64,000 nt of DNA from Paragordius varius (Eukaryota; Animalia; Nematomorpha), in assembly GCA_964247055.1 (NCBI GenBank), contig OZ176052.1:2356001-2420000 (forward strand), given 5' to 3'. Below the pieces are notes generated by a model. It worked only from the letters and a program-made list of their open reading frames with translations, had not been told where the DNA came from and did no database searches. A program made the position numbers and the translations under genes. Numbering within the stretch: position 1 is the stretch's first letter; the number at the start of each line of letters is the position of its first letter. Positions 1 through 13,721 of the stretch are shown here, one piece after another.

Positions 1-87
1 ATTTATGGATTCATTTTTTAATAACATTATAATCCTAATCATTATACTTTTGAACATAAAAAAATGCTTTATTTTATTATTATTATA

Positions 88-210
88 AAGGGTAGGACTC
101 CGGATTTGGAGTTTTCGTACCACTAAGTAATTCATAATATTTATACTTTGTGGTAATCTGAGGTGATTTTTTACCTAACACATGCCCTTGTGTATAATTA
201 ATGATTTTAC
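88..210 (+). repeat. About 125-bp dispersed direct repeat, second copy at about 3407-3537
   Basis: GGGTAGG..ACTCCGGATT.GG..TTTTC.TACCAC.AAGTAATT...TTATACTTTG...TGAGG.GATTTTTT...AACACATGCCCTTGTGT shared by both copies. Confidence 0.7.
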
Positions 211-374
211 AATAGGACTTAAAAAAATTCTTTATATTAATCATAATTACTAATTAGAGATGTTTTTCAAATTCTTGACTAGTGTTGAATAATTGAAGCA
301 AATAAACAATTTATGTATAAATAAAATCCTTTGATTTAGATATTATATTAATCCTTATCTATATATATATATAG

Positions 375-3113
375 GATCATCGGATGTATTACCGCGTTAT
401 GTTAGTGTAGTAGATCACATTCAATTATATACCATTTTAACGCATTTGAGTTTAGCTTACCTAACGGCAAATTATTCTATTAATGATACTTCAAATGAAA
501 CAAAATTGATTTCCAATGAAATCACAAATAAAGGTGAGAGGGATATGTTGACAAAAACGATGGATTTCGAAACGTGCAAAAGTTTGAATCAAAAAACTGA
601 TGAGGTTGTCAATAATTTTGAGATTTTGAAGAAATCTTTACGTTTATAAAAATATGACGTGTTTTCGAATATTATATAATATATATATATTACAGTTCAA
701 ATTTACTTTCGAACAATTCAAATTAACCCTAAATAATTTATGTTTTTTAAAGTTAAAAATACCTATATTATATAATATTTTAAAAAATGAATTTTTGTTT
801 AAAATAAATATAACACTTAAAAAATAATAAACTATGCCACGTAAATATATTTTATATTAATGACGAATTATATTAGCTGCCCTAAAACACAATTAATTCT
901 TAGGGTTTTGAATTGTTCGAGGGTGAATTTGAATTGTATATCTAATAATAAGTAAGAATGTTTTATAAAATTTTCTATAAATAGATAATTGTTTTTTATT
1001 CTACTAATATCTCTTCACCCAAAATAATAATATAATAAAATATGCATTGTATCATCTTTATATCACCTTTTTACGCTATTTTCTCCTCCCCAGGCTTGTT
1101 AAAATTTTTTATTCCTTTCTGACTTTGGTTTGTTGAATATTACTATGCAGAGATTTTTATAATTTTTTCTTGAATAGTACATTGTTAAGTTTGCTATTAA
1201 ACTATATTGTTTAAACAAAAATTTAGTTTTTTAGTGAAGAATGCAAATAATCCCGTAGATTTTTATTGTATGATATCAATTCTAATTAATATTTATTTTC
1301 ATTATGAGAGAATTTTTAATTATCAATATATACCATTTACAATTTATATTCGCCCTTGAACAATTCAAATTCGCCGTTAAACAATTCAAATTCACCCTAA
1401 AAACAAATTTAGTGTTTTCAGGCTATTATAACTCATCATTAAGTTTATTTTTTTTAGAATTATTTTAATTTTAAACAAAATTTTTATTAAAAATATAAAA
1501 AAATATAGTTTTTTTTAATTCTAAAAAAACACATAATTTATTTAGGGGGAATTTGAGTTGTTCAAGGGTGAATTTGAATTGTTTGAGGGGGGATTTTAAT
1601 TGTTCGATGATTATGAATTGTTCGAGTAGGAAATAAATTGTTCGAGTATTATTAAGTGAATTTGAATTGATTAAAGGTAAATTTGAATTATCAAGGGTGA
1701 ATTTGAAGTGTAAATGGTATGAATATATATATATATATATATATGCTAGGATAATTGCATTTATACTCTTTACTCATTTTAGATTTACAGTTATTATTGG
1801 ATACCAAATAAACCTGATGATGATTCGCAACATCCTAACAATCCACAAAATTTAGTTGGCCAGAATAACAAATTATCTCCAGCAAATGTAATTAATGGGA
1901 CCTGTTTTAAGTCTATGGTTCAATTTTCTCTGGCTAGATCCCCAGCCTTCCTTATACCAAACTATGATTTAAAACGCAATGAATTACACGTTTCAACATG
2001 GACTGAAAGTGTTTGGGATAAATTAACCATAAAGCTTTATTTGGAACCTAAGATCTCTACTGATAGGTAGGTGTATTTATTTAAAAATAGTCTCGTCTCA
2101 GATTAAGGGATATTCACAATTTGGCTAGGATTTAGTTGGATCACTTTTTTGTGCCGACTATTTTTTTGAATGAATCATATTGCCGATTAAATAAAACTGT
2201 TTAAATTTCAATTTTAGTTTTTTTTAAACATATTAAATTAACATGTTAAAAATGTTTTATTATAAACTATTTTTCATACCTTGATTTTATAGACAAAACC
2301 TATTTATAACATTAAATGACATTTGATATATATTTAACAAAGTTTATCAAAATATAATGAATGACATTACTATACCATTTACAATTCAAATTCACACTAA
2401 AAATTAATTATGTTTTTTCGGGGTAATGTAACTCATCACTAATAGAAAATATATCTAGATGGCATAGTCTATTATTTTTTTCAGTATTTTATTTATTTTA
2501 AACAAAATTTCATTTTTTAAAAATAAAAAATATAAGTAATTTTTAATAAAAAAACACTTTATTTTTTTCAGGGTGACTTTGAATTGTTCAAGGGCAATTT
2601 CAACTATAGATGGTATATATTTGTTTTAGATTAATCTTTGGTATAGCTGTAATTATGTGCCTTATTACACAATTTTTGATCTCGTACGTTGGCAGGTAAT
2701 ATATATTGTATATAATTTTTAAAATAGTTAGATTTTGTTAAGCTACAAAAAACCTATTTTTTATGATGAATTATTTTACTAAATTGTATGTTATTTTAAA
2801 TTAATGTTTTCTTTTTTTATATTCATATAATTGGTGGTCCAAATATTTTGAAATTTAATGTTAACTTAATAATTTATTTATATCTAATTTGTTGAGATAT
2901 GGCCATATCCTATTTCCCACGGTAATGATGAACAATTCTTCCAATTCAATATCCAATGATATAAATAATTTGCCTGTTGAAAATTCTCTCAATAATGTTA
3001 ATTCTAATGGTAATACAAATACAAATGCTAGAAACAATGTTGATATAAATGATTTTTTACCAAGCGCTATGACTCCGGTTGAAGGGATATCCTCGCATTC
3101 TGTAATCTCATAA
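375..3113 (+). CDS. NCSTN: Nicastrin (gamma-secretase subunit), 3' part; 5' exons lie outside the window
   Basis: Exons 375-604, 1783-2066, 2630-2695, 2897-3113 join in frame. Translation ...LPRYVSV..LAYLTA..FETCKS..IYSYYW..TCFKSMVQFSLARSPAF..STWTESVWDKLTIKLYL..[TM LIFGIAVIMCLITQFLISYVG]RYGHILF matches the nicastrin C-terminal pattern (ALSPAF..STWTESRW..RIFL, TM, ADVLF). The donor at 605 (GAG|GTTGTC) is inferred from phase and homology. Confidence 0.85.
1331..1719. mobile_element. MITE family A (TA target, TIR TACCATTTACAATT, 21-bp subterminal repeats AACAATTCAAATTCACCCTTG); representative copy
   Basis: Inverted ends TACCATTTACA / TGTAAATGGTA. Further copies at about 691-940, 2373-2615, 4149-4383, 27685-28012, 34100-34349, 37001-37326, 51460-51782. 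Confidence 0.8.
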
Positions 3114-5476
3114 AAAAAATTTTTTTACAATTTTTAAAAAAAAGACCAAAAAAAGAGAATCGAATACAGCAAGAATATGGATACAAACTTTGCTATTATT
3201 AATTATAGTATTGTGATATTTAGTAGATTATATTTATTATACATTACATGTAAAATTATTTTAGTTAAAAAATAAATGTATTTAATTTATTTAACGATAT
3301 AGTAAAATTATATTTAATAATTGAATCATGCAAATGTTTCAGATAAATCAATTTTTACCGTGTCGAAAAACAATAAGTAATAGCTTTTCTCTTCACATCA
3401 TCCTAAAGGGTAGGGGACTCCGGATTCGGATTTTCATACCACGAAGTAATTTATATTCATCAAAATTATACTTTGTTATTTGAGGCGATTTTTTTTACAT
3501 AACACATGCCCTTGTGTTCAACTAATGTTTTTACAGATCATTAGAAATATGTCCCAGTTAACATTGGAGGGAGATGACAGTTGGACTTGTAAAATTAAAT
3601 TAACATCGTATAATTGCACCCGAAAATACCGATAACTAAAGGGAAGCTATTTTTATAAAGGATCGAGTTTACTTAAATTATTTTTATCTTATTGAAACCA
3701 CCGCAATATTTCACAAATATTATTTTAAAAAACTATATATATATAATGTGTATATGTACCATTTTTTGCCTATTTATATCCATTTTTCATCAATTGCTCG
3801 ATGTTGTTGTTTAACTTTATAAATTAAACTTACCTGTTTCCATAGTTTTTTTTTCAGTTATTTTACTTTTTATACTTGATGATTTTTTGATATTCCGCTA
3901 TTTTATTTTATAATCGTTAATTTGGTAAAAATCTATAAATTACCCTTAATTATATTGAATTAGTGAAACAAATGTATATCTAAGTCATACTACATTATTT
4001 AATTTATTTTTTCAAATGGCTTAAAGAAAACTGGAATATTACTTATTTTAACGGGCTCTTATTCTATTTAAATTGATTGTTAGGGCCAACCTTATTGATT
4101 GGTTAATAATAATGTCTATATTTTTCTATTAAATTTTAATAAATCCTTCACATTTTAAATTCACCCTTGAACAAATCGAATTCATTCTGGAACAGTTCAA
4201 ATTCACCTTTGTCTTTTTTTAAAAATTACCTATATTTTTTATGTACTTAAAAAATGAAACTTTGTTTAAAAATTATTATAAAACCGAAAAATAAAAAAAA
4301 CTAATCCATAAACATATATTTCATATATGAGTTATATTAGCCCGAAAACTTATTTTTAGTGTGAATTTGAATTGTAAATGGTATATTAATTGTAAATCGT
4401 ATATTAAATCTGTTTCCAGCATGCGCATTTATACGATATAAAAAATGACAGATCTATTGAAGGTTATAACTGGCCAATATTACTTTTTCGGTTAAAATAT
4501 TGTCGAAATAAACCCTTAAATACTTAATAAAGTAAAACAACAATAATATTCATTAGATTATCATCAAGTTTTTCAATCATAACTAACTAGATTAGATTTA
4601 ATTTTAGAAAGGTTAATTTTAACCTTAATTCAAAAAACTATTCATTATTATCAACAACCATTAAACAGAACACTTGATTTTTATGGTTCAATAATCATTA
4701 AAAATAATTATATTATTATATTATATCAGTTATTTTTTAAATAATTTTAAAAAGTCAGAATAATTGTTATATTTTAAGTTAGTATGTGAAAGTGAAAATA
4801 AAATAAATAATTATAATTATAGTTTATAAAATATACTTAACTATGATTTTTCATATCTACCAGAGCAATTAATTATATTTTATCAAATATTTAATATCTA
4901 TCAAATGCATTATTATTAACCTCTTGTTACTTTTTTAACATACTTATGTCAAAATGTTAAATTTTGTTTAACTTTTATTTTCATGACATAATACGTTACT
5001 TTTTTAATTAAATTAGAGAATCGAAAACAATATATTAAATAAAATTTTGCCCGTATTTCTATTTTCTTTTAAAAAACTATAAAACCTAAAATACTTATTT
5101 GCGACATTTATTGGTATTTATATATATTATATGATTAATTTATTCACTAATTTTAATTAGTTATCGGAAATATATACAATTTCTTCTTAATCGAGAAAAC
5201 TCTGTACTACAGTTTTTCTAGCTAGTAAAATAATCAATCACACGTAATTCTAATTGTTCGCTCTTATTTTATATATAAAACATTATTTATCGCTTTATTT
5301 ATTAATTTGATTCTCAAAGAAACTTTATACCTGCACAGTAAAAAAGCGAAATTAATTTGTTTTAGCAGTTTAAGTTATTATACATATTCCGACTTTTTTT
5401 TATATAAAGAACGGATTTTTTAGTTTGTTCTTTTATTCATTAAAATATGCGCTACTTGTAAAAATGTTGTGAAAAA

Positions 5477-5484
5477 GGGGCGGG
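5477..5484 (+). promoter_or_regulatory. GC box (GGGGCGGG) about 0.6 kb upstream of the ZP gene start
   Basis: Sp/KLF-type motif in an otherwise very AT-rich region; function not demonstrated. Confidence 0.25.
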
Positions 5485-6095
5485 TGTAACTTTCTTTGAG
5501 ATTTTTCGCCTTTTTATTTGTATTATTATAATTATATCGACTAATCGCTAATTTACTCTAAAAAAATATTTTTAATCCATACTGTATGGATTCAAAAAGT
5601 TCTCACTCGGTTTCCCACATTCAACGCATTTTCCAAAAATAAAAAATTTGCCACCAAAAGAAATGGATTACAAATCGGATTTTTGGATTCGTTTTTATTT
5701 TTCAAATCACGAAATTTGAGATTATTTAGTATTTATAAAATATGACAAAATGATGGATTATCCTTTTTACCTGTTAAGATAATTATCATAGAATTTTTTA
5801 ACTTATATGGTAATAACAGATTTAACTAATTATACGGTATATGATTTCATTATTCCCCCGAAACCCTCTCTTCAATAATTCTCCTGCTGTTTTTTAACAA
5901 CAACTTTCAACAAAACTTCCCTAGTCATTCTTAACTATATATATAAATACTATCCTCTTTCACAAAAAATATTCGTATTACCAAAATTTGGCCTTAGAGA
6001 TTGTTTAAAACTATTATTTATTACAAAAAAAATTTTTATGAATATAAAAAGGATAAATTTAAAGCTTACGAATTTTATTGGAAAATTTGTAATTT

Positions 6096-9000
6096 ATGTA
6101 CGACGATAGATTGTGTTGGGTATTGCTTTTATCCAAAATTATTCGAATATTCTCAAATCTAGTCATAATATTCCTCCTATCTATGGTACGTACCCATTTA
6201 TTTATTAATTTATTTTTTGAACACCAAAGTCCTGTTTAATAAAATAATTTATCGCATTTTTTATGACAAATGGATAAATTTTTATACTCCTCAAAATTAT
6301 ATTAAGTTCAGAATGATAATTTTGTACAATTTACAATATATATATTAAATTTATAAATCCTGACCTGTGGTTTAATTTTACTACAAATTCGCATTTCTAA
6401 CTGTATTGATATTATACCACGTTTATTGCCATATTTCAAGTAGTTAGTAATTTTAATTTAAAACTAAATTTTTGCACAATTTAAAAAAACGTAACATAAG
6501 AACGAAAACTTTCATACATGGCATGCAACATACATGTATATTAAATGACATTTTAGTCATTTTAAATATCCAAATGACTTATAATAATATCTATCGATTC
6601 TGTATACCAGTAATTGGGGTCTTAAATTAATAAGGAAAAATGTAAAAACTTGTCAAATTTTCATCCTATTAACAAATAAAAAGCACATAAAACCATAAAA
6701 AGGCTGTTTATTTTATAAATCTGTTTTAACTTTAATTGAATTCATTTAACTTAGAATCGTCCTGTAACGTGTAAACCTATGAATGTTGCTCAAACCAAAT
6801 CAACCCAAAATGAATATAATCCCCCCTTGATTGACCCGTTTGAAATGGTTGATATGACAAATTCCATTGTTGGTAAGCTGGTTTAAAACTTTTTAATTCA
6901 AAATTTATATATTACTAAGTGTCTCTAATTACAATTTATGGTTATTGAAACTAATGATGAAGGAAGGGTTTCTAGAATTCAAAAATTAATCATACGTTTT
7001 ATGAAAGTTTGAAATAAAAGCAAAAAAACAATACGCGCCAAAAACCGATTCCAATATTTTAGTTATCATTACCATTTTTTTATGTAGTGGAAAGAGCCCA
7101 AACTTTTAAATAACATATATTTTATAAAAAAATATATAACAGATAAAAAGTCTAATTTAAGGTCGATCGCTATATAATAAATCATATGTAAATAGTTTAT
7201 TATGTTCTTAAGTTTTTTAAGTAAACCAATAAATTCCCTTTTGTTTGTTTGATCAGCATTTATAGATATTCTTGAGAGCAAGCAGCTAATTCCCGTAAAC
7301 ACTTTCATTTTAAATTATGAACAATTTTTGTCACTAAAATGTTTTATGCATTATATATTAAAATTGATTATTTATTCCATTTTTTTGGAGTTAAGGAGAA
7401 ATTAAATTTACCTTTAGGTATATTAGCTACCATACAAGTAATAAATATTTTAAGCCAGAATATTTAACATCGCCATTTAAAGGTTTACAAATCTAAGTTT
7501 TTACATTATAATATTAATATTTGGTAGAAACATTTATAAACAATTAGTATGATTAAAAGCTTAACGTTCTTCCCAATATGGGTATTAAAAGTTATTGGGT
7601 TTTTAATTGCACAAACTGCAACTACACATAAGAAATTTATAAGCAAAATATGAACAGTGGAGTTGTTTAACGCAATCAATTTCATTTATTTATATATTAA
7701 TTTTTAAGTTTATTTTTCCGATGAACATTTGAAACATTGCGTACATACAAACATTTTAATTTAAAGTCGGTCTTTCATAATAAAGCTTAAAAATGTAGGC
7801 GACTAATTTAATAATGATGCGTAATTTTAATGAGATTAAAGGACATGAGCCGATTGTAAATTAAAAGTGTCACCTCGTAATATAATCAAATTATGACAAT
7901 TCACAAATATGAATAAATAGGGAGGTTATTAAATATGCTTTAAATATATTAAAATGAACCTATTATTAAAATTTTAGGTAATTAAGTATTTATATTAAAC
8001 TTTGAATAGTTGTATTATATATATATATATATATATAATTTTTGATGTTAAAGAGCCATTTAAATTATGAACAGACATTAATGTTTCAATTAAAATAATT
8101 TCCATACAATAATCTAATAAATTAACCAAAAAAGCACTATGTAGTTTATGAGAAATATAATAAAAATTGAAATTATACATGTAAAGTCCAAAAATAAAAA
8201 GACAAATATTTTTTTCGAAAGACCGCTCTTTAAGTTGTGTAAAAATATAACTCATTGTTTTAAACTGCAGCGCATGAAATAGAGATGTTTATTGGTAACA
8301 CAATCAATTATATATTTTAAAATATAAATAATTTTTAAAATTAAAGTTATATAGTTTCCTTTTAAAAAATTATTGTCTTTATATTTTAACGTTTGGCCCG
8401 TATAATTTCAATTTTGACTCTAACTTTGGGGCATATCTTTTGTAGATATAACATCCACATGTTCACCGGTTGAACCCTATATCCGACTTAATGTACAATT
8501 TTTTGTTGGATTTTACGGCACAATTTACATTGAAAAGTATTTCAGGGTGCCCACTTGCAAGTGGAATGGGAATGGTGAAAAAAATACCACTTTTAAAATA
8601 CCTCTTTACCATTGTGGAACAAAGGTATATATTTCACAAATAAAAAGTTAACATCGATGATTATATAAAATTTATTTAAACTTTACTTAGAAAAATATTT
8701 ATATATTAGGATTTCGAAGCTTCCGCTAGATAATAAGTTATAAATATTTTCTTGGAAACAAAAAGTTTTTAGTTTTTTATGACGAGTTTTAATTATTATA
8801 GATGTATTATTAAATAATTTTATACATATATAAAATAATTCGGGTCTAAATTTATCCTTTATTTATTAAATAATCAAAAATAGATCTAATATATCGTTTG
8901 TTTTCATACTTTTTTTGACAGATATACGATGGCGTATTTTACAACGTGATAGTGGTAAAAATGGAAAGTCAATTACCTATCATTGAAGTTTGGGATAAAG

Positions 9001-11185
9001 CTTACCTCGTTATCTGTGATTCTCGTGACTTTAGTTTCGATCTACAATCTGACATTAAAACAACAAATTCAAATTCGACCTCTAGCAATTATAACCATTT
9101 AGATTATTCATTGGAGGCGTTTGGTAAAGTTTCTAAAACTCAATCTACTGAAACCACTTGGAATTCTTCACATTATTACAGGAGTAAAAAAGGAAATGTT
9201 CTGCATAAAAGGAAGAATAGCAATAAAAAAGACACCACACCAAATCTATACCAAAATATAAGGTCACCACCTCAGGGCACAGTCACAGCGTAAATTATTT
9301 TAAACTTTTCTATTATATAATGTATGAAAAAAAATATGGATTATCTTTTAAATCTAAAAAAGTTAAAGTGTTTTAAATATTATTGCAATATTTGACTAAA
9401 TATAGACTTTTGGTTTGCTTATAAAAGTTTTTTAAATTTGGAATAAGAGTGTCAATTTATCTAAAAAACTTAATGGTGACTTTATTTCTTAAAGACCCTT
9501 ATTTAAGTGGCGCAAGATTTTAACTCATAGCTCATTTTAAAATATCAATAGTATTTTCTAAATACATATCTATTATGTTTATAATGAAGTATTTGCGCTG
9601 AGTGGGAAAATTTATCTAATGTATGCACAGAATTCCAAGACCCACAAAATCAACTGTATCATGGCTTCGGGTGTCAAAAATGCCCTCCAAAAAAGCGAAA
9701 TGTCGCATGAAAGTTGTCCAAAATGAGGATCCAATGGGGGAACCTGCAAAATCTTTAACGCTAGGTCTTCAATCTACGCTCGTTTTACAAGCTACACCAT
9801 ACATAAATGGTTTACATAAGATTTATTTCCAAAAAAAATAGTTTTTTTTTGAAATAAAATTAGGTTGTTTGTAGTTTTATACAAGACGGGAATTTTTTAT
9901 TGTCTAAAATTAATGCTTATAAAATTTCGCTTTGAATTTGTCGTTCCTTGGTTAATCTTATTTTAAAAAACTATGAATAAATATCAAAAAAATAGAATTA
10001 ACAAACTTTTCTCGATTACAATATTTTTACTTAACCTTACAATAATATGTTTATAATTAAACCACACAAATTTTAAACTCCTTTTGTTATAAATCATCTT
10101 AAAAGTTTAATCAGTACTTTAAAAACAAGAAGTCGAATTCAGTGATAAATAAGTTTTATTTTTAAAAAATTTAAAATATTTGTTTAGATAACTTACGGAT
10201 AACTGATATGATGATCTTAAGTTGTTCAGCAGAAGATTCGAACCGACAAAACAAAATTTTGCTCTACAATGATTTGACGTAAATTTAAAAATTGATATTT
10301 TGACCAAATTTTAAGTTACCTTTATCTTTTTTAAAGTTATACTTATTATTGAGTTCCAATATCATTTTATTAATATTTTATATTGATTGGTATCACTTTT
10401 TGCTTGTAAATTATTAATGTTTAATTTACTAATTTTTGTTTGCTCATAGAAAAAAAATTTTTTTTATCCATATAAAAAAATTAATGTTTATTACTATAAA
10501 ATTTTTAGGTTATAACTCTGTTTAAAAAAATTTTTCACATTTTTTTCATTAGTAATGTTTGCAAATCAAACACCAAATCGAATTCGGTTTCATTCCATCA
10601 ATCATCACAAGATGATAAGACTTTATCATCTACCCTTAGGATCCGTCATAAAACTGTAAATGGGTCACTCATTGCCTATTTTCATTTCAACACTTTTCGC
10701 CTGTCTGAGGGGGACTCCATAATTTTTACCTGTGTACTTAGGCTTTGTCCCGAATCCTGTCACGATACCAGAAATGTAATAATTATTTCAAATTTAATAT
10801 TTATTTTATAATTTTCAAAAAAAGGGTTAGCGAAATATATAGGAAGAGAGTTTCTTTAACTATTTAAAAACATTGAATGAAAGAGATTTGTATAATTTGT
10901 TTAATGTTTCAAGTAAATTTTTGTTTTTAATAGAATTCCTCAAAACAATGCGTTAATACAATGGTTGATACCTGGGAGGCTAGGAAGGGAAATAATCCCT
11001 TCATACAAACGCTAAAAGTCCGACTCGGTATAAAAGATGACATAAAGTCCAACATGTTCTCAAATAAAATGTTGAGTAATCCTAATAATGTTTTCGATTC
11101 CAAATCAAACAATTTTAATCCCAATGATAATGCGTTGTGGCAATATCATAATTATTCAAATCCAAATATTTTTTATAAATTATAA
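6096..11185 (+). CDS. Secreted ZP-domain (cuticlin-like) protein, about 499 aa
   Basis: Exons 6096-6185, 6755-6872, 8446-8624, 8922-9289, 9631-9809, 10188-10278, 10553-10775, 10934-11185 total 1500 nt in frame with GT-AG borders. Hydrophobic N-terminus (LVIIFLLSM..VTC/KP); ZP-N motifs (TC..F.G.IY..C..IPLYHCGT; YNVIVVK..D.AYLVIC); ZP-C motifs (KCRMKVV..P.G...LTLG; MILSCSAED; AYFHFNTFRL..IIFTCVLRLCPESC). The first two exons are less certain. Confidence 0.8.
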
Positions 11186-11701
11186 TTTTGTTGAGGAAAT
11201 GTGACTAAATAATTATACCTTAACCAATAGTTTTGTACACTTTTCTGATTGTGCAAAATGTGTAAATAATTTTTTTTGATTATTAAATAAAAATGTTAGA
11301 ATTTGCGGTAGATATAAATTACTTAGATACAGTAAAAATTAAAATTATACGGACAAAACGTAAAAAAGACAAATATTTTTTTCCAAAAGACAACAATACA
11401 TTTTCAAAATATTTCCCATATAAGCTACTTAGTTACAATTAAATATAGAATTAGATGTGTTGGTATTTCACACTTTGCCATCTAAAACAATGAGTTATAT
11501 TGAAATAAATTAATATTAAAAAATTATCGTTGTCTTTTGTAAAAAAAATATTTGACTTTATATTTTTACGTTTTGTCAGTATAAATTTCAATTTTTACTA
11601 TATTTTTAAAAATACCATATTTAATATGCTAAAATCATAAAATAACTAGTTTCGATTCCACAAATGTGAATTCATATTCAAATATATAATATCATATTTA
11701 A

Positions 11702-12258
11702 CACTTGGATACAAGACATTCATTTTAGTCCTTCGATTCAAATTGGGGTAGTTAAATACCCCAGGTCTGTTTAAAATTAATTCTTTAAAAAATATGGGAG
11801 GAATCGAAACCATAGCAAAATTTTGCACTTATATAACATTAATAAAACGATATATAAAAAATCAAAAATACTTGATATCACTTACTTTAAGCTAAAACTG
11901 AAAGGTAAAATTTAGTCAACGTGACATGAATGCAATAAAATTGAAAAATAATACAAAATAAACAGCTTTTTCTATTTTTATCAATGTTAGATGTAATTTA
12001 TATAAAAAATTAGCTTTAATTTTACCCTTAAAATTAAAAGAAGACGATATTTTGCAAAAATTTTGTGAAATAAAAATGGCGTCGAAGTAGTTTGACATGG
12101 AACTTTTTTTTCAAAACAAAATTATATTTAGATATTTTGGCATATTTATATAATTTTTATTAGGATAGAAGCACAAATTTAAATTGGGGCCGTTTCCTTC
12201 AGTAGTTTAACTCAAATTTAGTCTGGGGTATTTAGATACCTCAAATTGAATCGAAGTA
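11702..12258. mobile_element. piggyBac-like MITE (TTAA target), copy 1
   Basis: TTAA|CACTTGGA...TCGAAGTA|TTAA; internal sequence shared with 56310-56848. Confidence 0.7.
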
Positions 12259-12516
12259 TTAAACATTATTACCGAATATAATATTTTAATAGCATTATAA
12301 TAAATGAGATTATACAGACAAAACGTAGCCACTAAATGACGAATATTTTGTCAAATAAGACAACCATATTATTTTAACCTTAATTTTTCCTACATACACT
12401 ATATTACATTATTGATATTTATATAAGAGAGTGTTACATCAATTTACATCTGTACGATGAATTGTATAAAAAATCACGATATAGAAAATATGGTTGCCTT
12501 TTTTCAAAAAAAATTA

Positions 12517-12811
12517 TACAGTAAAAACAGAAATTATACGGACAAAACGTCAAAATATAAAGACAAATATTTTTTTATAACAAACAACCATACTTTCTAA
12601 ATTTTAAATCTTTTAAACATAACACATTTGTTAAAATGGCAAAGTGTGAAATAGAGGTATATATAACTAAAACTACCAATTCTATATTTTACAATTCTAA
12701 CTATATAGCTTATAGATAATTTACGGGTTAAATAATATGGTTGACTTTTATGTAAAAATATTTGTCCATATATTTTTACGTATTGTCCGTATAATTACAA
12801 TATTTACTGTA
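12517..12811. mobile_element. MITE family B (TA target, about 55-bp TIR CAGTAAAAATTGAAATTATACGGACAAAACG); representative copy
   Basis: Inverted termini; other copies at about 8163-8417, 11328-11602, 39574-39861, 52534-52788, with degenerate pieces at about 26700-26995 and 29390-29585. Confidence 0.8.
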
Positions 12812-13471
12812 CTTTAGTTTTTACATTTTGTCTGTAATATTTCACTTTTTACTGTACATCAGATTATTTCATTTTTATCGACCCGATAAACGATCACCAT
12901 TTTGTGGAATCGAACCTAGTTGTTTTGTGATTTTATATTTTTAAATTACTATTTAAATAAAAATTTTAGTAACTACTAATAATACTAGAAAAATTTTTTG
13001 CAGCACAAGGTTAATTAGTAAATCTGAAATAAATATTAACGTAAGAATTTTTTACTACTTAATTTTTTGTAAATATGCGCCTACTTAAAATCTATGACAC
13101 CCATATAAAATATATTATTTAAAAACATTACAAAAGCATAAAATTTTTTTTATCGAGGGCTAATAATTAATTATGAACAACTTAATAGGGTGTTTTTGTT
13201 TATAATTTTATTTTTTAAACTAATATTAATATAGCTAAAACTTTGAATAAAAACAAATGAATGTTTATATAACATATACAAAAAATTTGTTGCCACAAAT
13301 GGATTATTGGTTTCAATCGTTCACAACAGCGATAAATTTTTATTCAATCTTTTTAAAATTTCCTTCTCATCATTTTGATAGTAAAAAAATTTAAATCAAT
13401 GACTGGAAAATCAATTTTTAGGCATTTATCAACGCTAAAACATGCTTCAATTAATTTACAGTTATAACTGG

Positions 13472-13721
13472 CAGAGGCGGAGCTAGAGTAGAGTGAACTT
13501 GGCGCCATACTGGAATAGGCGCCGGATTTCGAAAAATTTTAATTTTATTTTAAAAAAAGGTATTTAAGAGTTATTATTTTGAATAAAACATAAATAATCA
13601 CCCATTTATGAGTGGTCATAACCACTGTTTGAATTTGATTATTTTTTTAAAATGCAAGTAGGAGGGGGAAGGGGCGCCATCACGGATTCATCGGGCGCCA
13701 GAAATTCAAGTTACGCCTCCG
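13472..13721. mobile_element. hAT-type MITE (250 bp) with 8-bp target-site duplication
   Basis: Ends CAGAGGCGGAGCT... and ...AGTTACGCCTCCG; flanks ATAACTGG (13464-13471) and ATAATTGG (13722-13729), one mismatch. Confidence 0.75.

Noticed and set aside
3500-5350. Possible small minus-strand gene, including exon 3897-3834 and a 19-nt intron candidate (3833-3815)
   Set aside because: Could not build a continuous open chain or recognise any homology; AT-rich noise readily gives such sites.
6020-6162. Cys-rich frame KICNLCTTIDCVGYCF resembling a CHH/ITP-like peptide
   Set aside because: It overlaps the ZP signal-peptide exon in another frame, has no start or acceptor, and the Cys spacing does not match.
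7257-7294. 38-nt candidate extra ZP exon (AFIDILESKQLIP)
   Set aside because: Phase 1-to-0 is incompatible with the next exon; 6872 joins 8446 directly.
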